DNA from: Utricularia gibba
Lineage: Eukaryota > Plantae > Magnoliophyta
Reading direction: 5' to 3'
NCBI GenBank assembly: GCA_002189035.1
Contig: CM007991.1
Span: forward strand, 310,001 to 374,000
Length of the DNA: 64,000 nt
This document shows, one piece after another, positions 17,064 to 27,876 of this stretch. The notes beneath the pieces are model-generated. The model was not told the origin of the DNA. It did no database searches and saw nothing but the letters and a program-made list of their open reading frames with translations. Position numbers and translations under genes: made by a program. Numbering within the stretch: position 1 is the stretch's first letter; every line of letters begins with the position of its first letter.

Positions 17064-17139
17064 GAAGTGTATTCCTCAAGTTTTTTGGCGTCAGTAAATT
17101 CATTACCCTGTGAAGGCTAGGATTTGGAACATCTTGGAT

Positions 17140-20100
17140 ATGTTATATACGCAAGGTGCTGCGAAGAGCGTTTGCAATCTCCTTGTGGTAGTATGCAAGG
17201 CAACATCTGAACGTAAGCAGGGTTACGATGACTCACAAGAAAAACGGTCATTCGCATTAACAGGTTTGCAATCATCAGGGCGTGTTGAGGTAAGAAATGA
17301 TGTGCTATGCTACATTAGCCTTTCTCTCTGCCTTAATGCTTCTTTTTTTAAATTATTATTATTATTACATTTGTAGGTTCAAACATTGAAGAACCCAACT
17401 CCAGAGGAGTTTTCCAAAGTTCTCAATTCATGGCATCCGAATATTGTATTCTTTCAAGAGGAACAAGGGTCACAGAATGATGAAATAGGCTCTTCACTAC
17501 GTCGATCACAAAATATTTATTCCCCTGAAGATTTATCTGGTCTCTTTAGCAGCACGCTTCCCACTACTGTATGCTATTTTACTTTCTTTAGATATAATTT
17601 TTCTCTTGGTTACTTCTCTCTGGAAGTAGTTTTTCGATGATTCCATTCAACTAAAATCCTTCTTCTGGCTGTAGTTGTTCCACTATTACTATTTGTGAAA
17701 AATTCATTTCTACATCCAGGTTTATTTGGAGGTATCAAGTGGCGAACTTTTGGCACAGCATCTTTATTCCAAGGTACCCGCAGGCAAAGAATATGCAGTC
17801 TATTGTGTGGCTTCTTTCATAATATTCTGAAGTCTTCTGCATCTTCCAATTTTCATTTTGTAGGGGTTCCGTATGTCATATACTGGAAGAATTCGATACC
17901 ATATTGTGCAGCAAGCCTCTTTCGTCAAGCATTTTTCTTAGTATTGCAAAGGTGATAGCATTTTGTTCTACATAATCTAAAAAATATATATTTTTTAAAA
18001 TAACGTTATTGTATTTCACTGAGAGCATGCCAGGGAATTATTGATTTCACGGGTGATTCCGTTTCTAATTGATTCTGTTGATGATTTGTAAATATTTTGT
18101 AATTGTATCAGTTTCCCATTCATCTATTGAGTCATTCTATATGGATTCTAAGTTTTCTCGTGTATTCATCCAAGTGAGTGATATTTGCGTTTTTATGTGC
18201 TGGTTGTTGCCGTGTTTCAGAACAATGCCTGCCATTTATCTTTCTTCCCTGTTATAATTATTGCCTTAAGCTACATTGATGTTATGCAGTTCAACTTGTC
18301 ATCCCTGGGATGCATATCAACTTGCTGAAGCCTCCTTCAGACTTCATTGTCTGCGAAGTAATTTGATGGCCTCATTTTCCATGATTCCTGATGATGAATT
18401 AGGACCTAAGCTTATTGGGGAGTCTCCGAAAATTACTGTTGAGATTCCTGAGACAGAGGAGAATGGGGGTGATGAAGAAAGCACTTCTGGCTCTCTTCCT
18501 GCAATACAGATATATGACGATGATGTGAACATAAGATTTCTTATTTGTGGGGTTGCAAACTCTTCGGTAATGGATTCATGATTATTTCACCTCAAGGTCT
18601 TTTTGAATAAAAACATATGAACTGCTCTCATGGAATCAACTTGCCTTCTATTTTAGGATGCTTCCATATGGTGTTCCTTGGTGGATGGTTTGAATGCCCT
18701 TGTCCGTATTGAAGTAAGGATTTTTGTTATCTGCTTCACATTCACTTGAATTAGTGTGAACATCATTTTTAGTATTCTCACTTCATGTTCAATGAATTTC
18801 CACTTTCTTACATTTTTGCTGGAAAAGATGAGGGGGAGCAAACTTCAGAACCGATCGAGGTATGTGGGAACTAATTTGAATCATCTGCTTCATTTAATGC
18901 CCGCATTTTTCAATCTCTTGTTTTGATGAAGTTGTTTTTTTGTGGTTCAGTGCTATTCCTCCACCTCTTAAAGCTGGCACATTTTCTCGGGGTGTCATAA
19001 CAATGCGATGTGACATGACTACCAATAGCTTTGCACATATTTCTCTCTTGGTTTCTGGCAGTGCACAAACCTGTTTTGATGATCAGGTACTATTTTTTTT
19101 TCCTTTTAAACTAATATGTTTTAGTGATCCTGTTTCTCCTTCAATTCATCATGCTGTGTTTTAACCTGTTTTGATCTAACATGATGTCTTGTATGCTTTC
19201 CGCTTATCCCTTTTTGTTTCTTGTAGTGCTTAGGCCTGTTTTCATGATCCCTTAGTGAATGGTTTGTGTTTTTCTGTTACTGAAGTCACCTTTCATTTGC
19301 CTGTTCTTATTGCATGGACTTGTGAGCCGTTATGTGTATTTCTCATTGTCTTTGTTTCACAGATACTGGAAAATCACATCAAGAGTGAGATTATTGACAA
19401 AAATCAGCTTATCCATGTGCTTCTCAATCCTGATGAATACAAACCACGCGTATCTGAACCATTGCGTTCTGTCTCAGTAGCATGCGGTGCAGCCGTGTTC
19501 GAAGTTTGTTTGAAGGTCCCTACATGGGCATCCCAGGTACTTTTTCTTTTTCTTGGATCATATGATCTGTCCTCGCAACTGAGCTGACTTTAGACTCCGG
19601 ATTGTTTTTTTTTTTTCTGAATTATAGGTCTTAAGGCAACTAGCATCTGATATTTCGTTCCGCAGTTTTGCTGCACTTGGAGTAGCAGGGATCCAGGGGT
19701 TAGCTGTAGCTTCATTTGAGAAAGAAGATGCAGAAAGACTGTTGTTTTTCTACCCAGTGCAAGAGAAGAATGGTGTTCACAATAATCTAAAATTGACCAG
19801 GCTTCCTTCCTGGTTAAAGCCACCTCCTCCCAGTAGAAAGCAACCTTTGGTTTACCAAGAAGCTGGCTCTTTCTCTTTAAATGGTCTGCTGAAATCAGAA
19901 GATGATGAGAACAAGGAAATTAGGTCATGGAACTCGCTGGATTCCCCATCAACATCTGCTCAACCAAAGGCTAGAATAGCTGCTCTAAGGCCCATTCCTC
20001 ATGCCCGCCACTGGAAAATGCTTCCTTTTTCTGCTACTCCAGACACAGACATGTATGATGGAAATCATATGAAGGCAAGCACGTCCATTCCTCCTCCAAA

Positions 20101-21165
20101 ACACAGTAGTGGGGGTGTGGCTTCTGCTGGCCATCGGAGATCAACACCAAATTCTTATCAAGCTAAGCAAATCGTGTCCCTGAATCCCCTTCCTCTTAAG
20201 AAGCATGCTTGTGGGAGAAGCTCTTTACATATCTGCTCTGAGGTAATCCTCCATTCGTTTCATAGCAAGTATGGCTTCTGATTCAATCATCGAGCTAAAA
20301 ATGTTTACTTCTTCCATCATTCAAGGAGGAATTTTTAAAGGATGTAATGCATTTTCTCATCCTTCGAGGACATAACCGGCTTATTCCGCAAGGTGGGCTG
20401 GCGGAGTTTCCTGATGCTATACTCAATGCAACCCGGCTTGATCTCTTCAACCTATACCGGGAGGTAGGGCAGAGTATTTTAACAAGCACTCAATCCAGCG
20501 AAAAAAATTCCCAGCTTTTGAGTTGGTTGCATCCTTGAACAGGTTGTGACTAGAGGTGGTTTTCATGTCGGCAATGGCATCAACTGGAAGGGACAAGTTT
20601 TCTCAAAGATGCGGAATCATACTGCAACCAATAGAATGACTGTACGTCTTCAGACCTTACCTTCTCTTCAACATTCATACCGGTTGCTGACTCGCTTTCT
20701 GTTTCTGCGTTGGACAGGGTGTTGGAAATACCCTCAAAAGACACTACGAAACGTATCTTCTCGAATACGAACTGGCTCATGATGATGTTGACGGGGAATG
20801 CTGTTTATTGTGCCGCAGGTATTATACCACTGCACTGTTCTGCTCGCTACACTCCCCTTCTGCCTGTTTTGCATGTGAGCTGATGGATGACTCTTGAGCT
20901 TGTTCAGTAGTGCACCGGGTGATTGGGTAAACTGCGGCTTGTGCGGGGAGTGGGCTCATTTCGGGTGCGATCGGCGACCTGGTTTGGGTGCTTTCAAAGT
21001 AAGTTTTTTTCAAGTGCTGCTGAGATGCACGAGTATCCTTACCGGTCACGATGGGTGCAGGACTACGCGAAGACGGATGGGTTGGAGTACATATGCCCGC
21101 AGTGCAGCATCACCACCACTTACAAGAAGAAGATGCAGAAGATGGGCGGCAACGGATACTCGTGA
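17140..21165 (+). CDS. ARID4: AT-rich interactive domain protein 4 (ARID plus C-terminal PHD-like zinc finger)
   Basis: STLPTTVYLE, GVPYVIYWK, RGVITMRCD, LNPLPLKKHACGR, ARID core EEFLKDVMHFL..RLDLFNLYREVVTRGGF..GINWKGQVFSKM..LKRHYETYLLEYE, and CLLC..CGLCGEWAHFGC..ICPQC. One phase problem at the exon 3/4 junction. Confidence 0.93.
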
Positions 21166-21196
21166 GTCAGATTGGATAGAAGAGATAACCGTATGA

Positions 21197-21212
21197 GGGG
21201 TGGGTGGGTGGG
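21197..21212 (+). other. Canonical G-quadruplex motif GGGGTGGGTGGGTGGG in the ARID4 3' UTR
   Basis: Four G3+ tracts with 1-nt T loops, starting 32 nt after the stop codon. Confidence 0.7.
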
Positions 21213-23504
21213 TGCAGGTGCAGTTCAAGGCGGCGCGTGTAAAATAAACAGAGAAGGGGGGCCGCCGGCCGGCGTGAGCGTTGGGCTTTTGGATGAAGGA
21301 AGCCAGTCAAATAGTTTAGGAAACGTAGGGAAATAGGAAGGAAGCCCTCCCTCCTCCTCCACCCCCACCCCACCCCCTGTCCCCGCCCATCCTGTTACCC
21401 AGGTTTGCTCACAACGGCGGCGGCTCCTTCCCTTTTCTTTATACCGGCCTTTGGTGTTGCGTAATTGGTTCGAGTCCCTCACGTGCTTCCCCAAAATCCA
21501 CATGAAAAAAAGAAAGAAAGTAGTGTTGTACTCGTGTTGTCTTTTGAGTTATGCTTTAATTTAAGTTCAAATAGTTAAAAAAAAAGTCATAAGTGATTAG
21601 TGGTACAAACGTGGTTCAATCTTTTGAATTTAATTATAGTTGCTTAAATACTCATGCAAGGTGTCGAAGGGCTTAGGGCTTCTAATTAAGGGTACGGAAT
21701 ATCGTCATAAATATGGCTAGTAGCTTTTATCAATTTTAATTGTATTTATCATAAAATAAAATTTTTTATCTAGTTTTAAATTTTTAATTAAACTTACTAT
21801 ATTTTCGATTCCATTTTTATTTTGTAATCTAAGCTTATCACTAACAATTGCCAAAAATTTTATATTGGGTGTGATCATGGTCGGTGGGCCCCTTACGGAA
21901 CACTTGTTTCTTGCGGCACATTATCCTATGTTTTTTTATTGTGGGCAATCAGGCAAGCCACGTTCAGGTGTCCGTGTTGGCAGAAATTAGGATATTTTAT
22001 AAAATTGATGATAATAATGATTATCTTCAGTGTGTAATAAATAAATAAATAATGATCAATTTTTTAAATAATTCGACAAAATTAAGGAGAACACTTTCAA
22101 AATAAAAATGTGTTGTGCGATATCAGGGTTTTTCATCTCGGTTCATATTCAAGCCCATGCGATTTTTTTTTTTATTTTTTTTTATTGTTTTGCGATGGCT
22201 GGTTGCATAACCTTGGAAACAAGAGCATCAAGACAAAAGTTGGAGAGTTGATGTCTGCAACATTCATCGGAATCAAATGTATACAATCAAAAGCTCCCAT
22301 TATCCCATCATGGGTTGTGAGGAGGCCCCATTAGAGAAAAGGTGGAAAAACCCTAAAGAAATAATTACATTGATTAGGAATTGAGGAAATGATTAGATTG
22401 AGATGAATGATTATACAAAGTTTACATAAGTCATTTTCTCTAATACGACAGAACTTCTATTATACAAACTCATTAATTTGAGGATCAAATAACGTAAAAT
22501 CATGAGAATTAGATTCTTGAGATTGAAAATATCATACAAGAAAAGAAAAATCGTTACATTTGATATTAGAATTAAATCAAGACAAGTAATTGATGATCAG
22601 ACAAATCTCGACTATGATATTGAGTTTTAGAAAGTGAGGTCATGTGGAAAGGAAGGGTGGAAGGTGATTTTAGCCATATCGCAAACTCTATTGGAGAAAA
22701 TGATGAAATGATTATATAAATTTGTATGGAGTATTTTTTTTAATACAACGAAACTTTATTGATATAATTTCAAAGTTAATCGTATTTAATTTTGAAATAG
22801 TTTTAGAATAAATAATCTTTTGAAAAGATAGGTCAAAAATTAAGAAAATATAAAACTATGAAAATCAAGTGTTCAAATTAGACAATATGGTACAAAATAA
22901 ACATAAATAAATTATTTGATATATAATAAATGCTTATTTGTTTTCAATTTTAGATGTTATAAAAAAATAGGATATATTTAGAATATTTTATTTTTATAAA
23001 ATGAATTCAAAAATAGTTGCATTAAATCACATAATTATTTTTCTCTTCAAAAATAAAGAATTTAGAAGGGTTTATTATTTTTGAAGGAGAAAAATAGAAA
23101 AGGGAAAAAAACAAATCTGGTGGGCCATGCCATAATACGTGTGGTGTCCGTCCCCGTCCCCTAGACGTTATTTATTTGATATGCATTACGGAAGTCGTGT
23201 ACAGCTCATTGAATACACGTGGAGTTTCGTTACTTTAAAAGGGAATTTCTCGCAACTTGCGATTATTCTTATATTACCTCCTTTGATGCTTCACCTACTC
23301 GACAAAATATCTTCAACGACTCCAGGGTATTTCAGTAAAACAACATCGGAGAACTAGGGTCAATAATGTAAATTATAGGTGATAGCCCCCCCGCCCCACC
23401 CACTTTGTTGCTGTCAACTCCATATTTTGATTCGCCCCACCTCGTCTTTTCTCCTCTTCTTCGTTCTTGCATTTTTGCGAGCTCGAAAAAGTTTCGGAGA
23501 AAAG

Positions 23505-24895
23505 ATGTGTGGAGGAGCGATAATATCGGATATCTTGCCTCCGGTGAGCCGTTCTTCGCGGCGGTTGACGGCGGCTTTGCTGTGGGGAGCGGATCCCGGC
23601 GAACTTGCCGGGAAGGCGAATCCGGGGGACTATCACTCGAAGCCTTTGAGATCTCCTCCGGTTGTTGACTTGGACGATGATTTCGAGGCCGATTTTCAGG
23701 ATTTTGAGGATCACTCTGACGTGGATGAGTTTGACGCCAAAGGGTCGTTTCACTTTGCTACTTCCAAAACTTCTGCTCTTAAAGGTTATTTTCTGACCTG
23801 CTAAAGAAGGATGATGGACTGTCTAATTGAAGCTTTATAACTTTCTGGTGTTCTTGGTTATGGTATTTTGGTGTCTTGTTTAGAGTCGCTTGAAAATAGG
23901 AATGCTTCAGTCTGGGCGGTTTATGGTTCTATTTAGCTGTCCGATGAGGCACATTTAAATTCTATACGCCATGCTTTTCCGTCGTATAAACCCCGTTTTG
24001 CTTATAATTTATCGTTTCTACCGTTTAGACATCCTTTTTTTTCCCTCTAATTAGGAGGGCTGAATTCTCCCGATTCTTGTGAATCTGATGAGGAGTGCGA
24101 GAAGTCTTCGAAACGGAAGAGGAAAAATCAGTATCGAGGGATTAGACAGCGGCCTTGGGGTAAGTGGGCAGCTGAGATCCGTGATCCTAAGAAGGGAGTT
24201 CGTGTCTGGCTTGGTACTTTTAATACTGCTGAGGAAGCTGCCCGGGCTTATGATGAAGAGGCTAGAAGAATCAGGGGCAAGAAGGCAAAGGTGAATTTCC
24301 CTGAAGATGCCCCTCTTTCTGCTGCAAGAGGTGATTCCAAAGCAGATTCACAAAAAGTGACACGCAAGGAAAACAGAGACTCTGTTTACCCCCCTGCGAA
24401 GGAAATGGAGTATATGAAGATGTTGAAGAATAGCTACTGCGAATCTTTTACTTTCACTGAGGAGAAACCAGAAATTAAGCCAAAAGGCTTTAATGTTGCT
24501 TTTGCTCCCACGGCTAATGTGGAGCTAGAAACTCGTACGCCTCCAGATGCTTACTTCAGCCCTGACCAGGGTAATAACTCGTTTTACTGTTCGGACTTTG
24601 GATGGGGTGAAATGTGTCCCACGGCACCTGAAATTTCAACCGTGATTCCTGCTGATATTGAGGGGGTCAAGCTCAGTTTATGGGGGATGATTGCCCAGCA
24701 ATGCCCTGCAATGAGAATTCAAATGTCACAGGATTTGATACCCAGATGAAGATGTACCAGGCGCCTTATCTTGATAACAACTGGGACTCTACGATTGATG
24801 CTCTCCTTGAGGGGGGCGCTATTCAGAATGGAGGGCATTCGATGGACCTGTGGTCATTCGACGATGTTCTTGATATTGCTGGTTGTGCATTCTGA
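23505..24895 (+). CDS. Group VII ERF (RAP2.2/RAP2.12-like) with Cys-Arg/N-degron; 2 exons (23505-23784, 24055-24895); apparent 1-bp deletion at 24662-24666
   Basis: N-terminal [11 protein letters not shown] and DFEADF motifs, AP2 domain [47 protein letters not shown] motif, and C-terminal MDLWSFDD in the shifted frame. Confidence 0.95.
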
Positions 24896-25600
24896 GACTG
24901 CCCTCTTCCTCTTGGAGCCATTGGAAAGCTGGATGTTAGTGCTTTTATTCAGATTATGTAACTGCTATATTTGACGTACTCTGCAAGAGCACATTTTACC
25001 TGTGTCATTAATTTTCACAGCTGTCTTTCGGGGTGTGCGATCGTTGCACACAAGCATGGATATCAAATGGCTGAGCCCCCTTGAAGCCAAGGACCATCAC
25101 TTTCTATGTTGAATGATATATTGTGACGTATATGTTTATTTTGTGCTATTAGACTTGTCTTTGAACTTATTCGTGCAAGACGTTTCGGAACAAGCTTGTG
25201 TATTCTGCTTGCTTACCTGTTTGTCCATTTCATCTTTGATGCATTGTTTCAAGATCCAGTTCAACTTTGGAGATGCATGAGTGATAGGGCTATATGCAAG
25301 ATGACCTGCAAGATGGTTTATATGCATCTGTTGGTGATAGTTGAATTACCGGGTAGGAGCCAACCTGAGCTTTTGTTTAGTGGCAGGTGAAATATAAACA
25401 AGAAGCAGGCTTGTAATCAGCAGCTTATACTGCAACAGATTAGGAATAACATTCAATTCTTCGTAAATGCAAGATGAGGAGGAACACTGTGTTCAAGATC
25501 AGCCTGCACAGCATCTTGTTGCTGCTGTTGTACAGTGAATGTGGGGGAGGGAGCTTAATCCTGATAACAAAAAATAAGTGTTCACTAAATGTTGTTGCAT

Positions 25601-27294
25601 TCACCAATAATCGTTACAGCTACATGATCCATCTCTAAAATGATGAAATCTCTTGGCATCTCGAGCTATGATGTCTCTTCCAACTATCTTGGACAAAATT
25701 TTGAAGGCATTGTGGCAATCACCACACACACGAAGGTTCTTGATGATGCGCAGGGAGGAACGAGCTGCACTAGTCATGAAACCCTGTGCAGCTGCCAGCC
25801 TCTCACTGTGAGCCATGAGAGCCTCCTCCTTTGATTCCGGGTCGACATCGTGGAGCACGAACTTGGTCTCAGGTACATAACCAGCCTCTTTCATTTGCTG
25901 CTTCAAACACCACAGCAACGCATATATTCGTTCGTGGTCTGGGTGCGATCTGTCCCCAGCTCTGTACTCATGGACTCTACTTCTGACGTCTAAGGGTGTT
26001 GGGCACTCAATTTCTTCTTCTCTTTCTCTTTTATCAGATCTGCATCATCCAATGGTATCAGGCCTTCTCTTGATTTATCATTCAGCCGGCATGGATCGAG
26101 GGTCTCAATGATCTCGGCACATCGATCTCCCAGCTCCAAATTGCCATGGATCCTACTCAAGTTCATCAAGGCTTCCCAGACATCTATGACTGGTTCGACC
26201 GGCATGTTCTCTATGAACTCTAAAGCTTCATCCATGCATCCTGCAGTTGCCAGCATACTCACTACGCCAACATAGTGCTCCATGGTTGGGAGAATCCCAT
26301 AGTCCTTGGACATGGACTCGAAGTGGAGGAGTCCTTCAACGATGTCACATACAACGCCACAAGCAGAGAATACCCCAAGAAACAGCTGACCATCTGGTTT
26401 CAATCCACACCTCTTGAACTCATCATACAGTTCTAGTGAATCTTCACCACGCCCATTGTTTGCAAGACCAGAGATCATTATGTCCCAAGTCGTAAGATTA
26501 CGAGTAGGCATGCGATCAAACACGGAAAACATGTCATCAGGGGAACCGCATTTTGCATACATATCCAGAATTCGGTTGTATGTTCTGACCTCTATGGGCA
26601 GCAGTGACTGCAAGAGGTGTTCATGTACGGACTTGGCAAGATCTAGTGCCTCTTTCTCGCCACACAATGTCATCAGAGCCGTATAACGAGGCAGCTCAAC
26701 ATGAACACCCGCCTCCTTTAGCTTTCCAAGAAGCTCTACTGCATCCTTAAGTTTCCCATCCTTGATAAATTCATCAAGGCCTTCTACACTGGGTGCACCT
26801 TCCTCAGGAAGTTCACCAGAAGCGTCACCCCTGTTGTGTGCAGGATATAAATCATTGAATTGCGAGCCAGACCATTCGTCGGAATATGGTATATGCTTCC
26901 AGGATACGTTGTTGTTTCCGCCAACGGCGTTGCTGTATCCATTGAATGCATTTAGCTGATCCGACCTCCCATCCACCCCACCCCTATGACTAATCGAATC
27001 ATTTCCAGCAGCAAAGCCGTTGGGGAAATCCAGTTTCCCAGTCCCATGAGTGGCGTTCACGCTTGGCCCATAAACCCTGCTAGGGTTGTGGTTTAGCCCA
27101 TCTCCACACAAACCACCAGAATCGAAACGCTCGCCAGATACACCTCCACTCCACCGATCATCGAAATCCGATGTTTGGGCTAAAGAATTGTGGTTTCTCA
27201 GGGAAAAAGAACCCAAAAAACCGGCCGTCGTTGTTCTACATACCTTCAGTAGTGATCGAAATGCGGGGATTGCGGCAGCTCTTCTGGAGTACAT
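25601..27294 (-). CDS. Short PPR-E-DYW protein of the DYW1-like/MEF8/DYW2 type, probably organellar, intronless; apparent 1-bp deletion at 25994-25996
   Basis: Transit-peptide-like start and long G/N-rich N-terminus, a few PPR repeats, E domain, then (frame restored) HPLDVRSRVHEYRAGDRSHP, zinc motifs HSERLA and CGDCH, ending CSCNDYW. Confidence 0.92.
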
Positions 27295-27752
27295 GACGGG
27301 GGTGGGCGCGATAAGAGGGAGCTAAGGCTCAATATCCAGCCCCCCCGTTCGCCTTGTGCTTTCTTCTCTTCTCCGACTTCCGCGGTTGGTTTTAAGCTCC
27401 CCTAGGTTTCTCTCGTTGCTCTGCGACTCTACATGTCGTCATGGACTGACTGACAGCGCCAGCCCACCTCGTAAGGGAAATAAAGAAGAACGGCCCATTT
27501 CAGGCGTCCCACCTAGAGTTCGTTTCCGGTTGAGCCGGTAACAGTGAACTGGACCGGACCTAGGAAATGTTCCACATAAGATGATTTTTTCAGACTAGCC
27601 AATCTACTACATCCAATAACATATTCAGGATTTTTTATGTCAATCTAAAAAAAAATTATTAATTATGTCATTGATGCCATTCAACCATGAGTTACTCTGC
27701 CTCTAACCATGTTGGACCTGCTTGATGAATTACGCCATGCTGGGAATGGATT

Positions 27753-27795
27753 TGGGCCTTCAGAACGGAAGCCCAATTGAAGCGACTAAAGCCCA
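27753..27795. promoter_or_regulatory. Site II elements in the ~580-nt divergent promoter between the PPR-DYW gene and NOC1
   Basis: TGGGCC at 27753, AGCCCA at 27770 and 27790. Confidence 0.55.
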
Positions 27796-27876
27796 TTATT
27801 AGAAATTAGCGGACCAGAATCCCCCGCCATCATAAAACCTGACTGGGGAACACGCAGCTTCGACGGCGGTACAGAG

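Noticed and set aside
21207-21227. miR530 target site (GGTGCAGGTGCA)
   Set aside because: The 12-nt match pairs the miRNA centre and 3' part; several mismatches fall in the seed.
21420-21493. tRNA gene
   Set aside because: B-box only; the T-stem pairs 2 bp and no acceptor, D or anticodon stems form.
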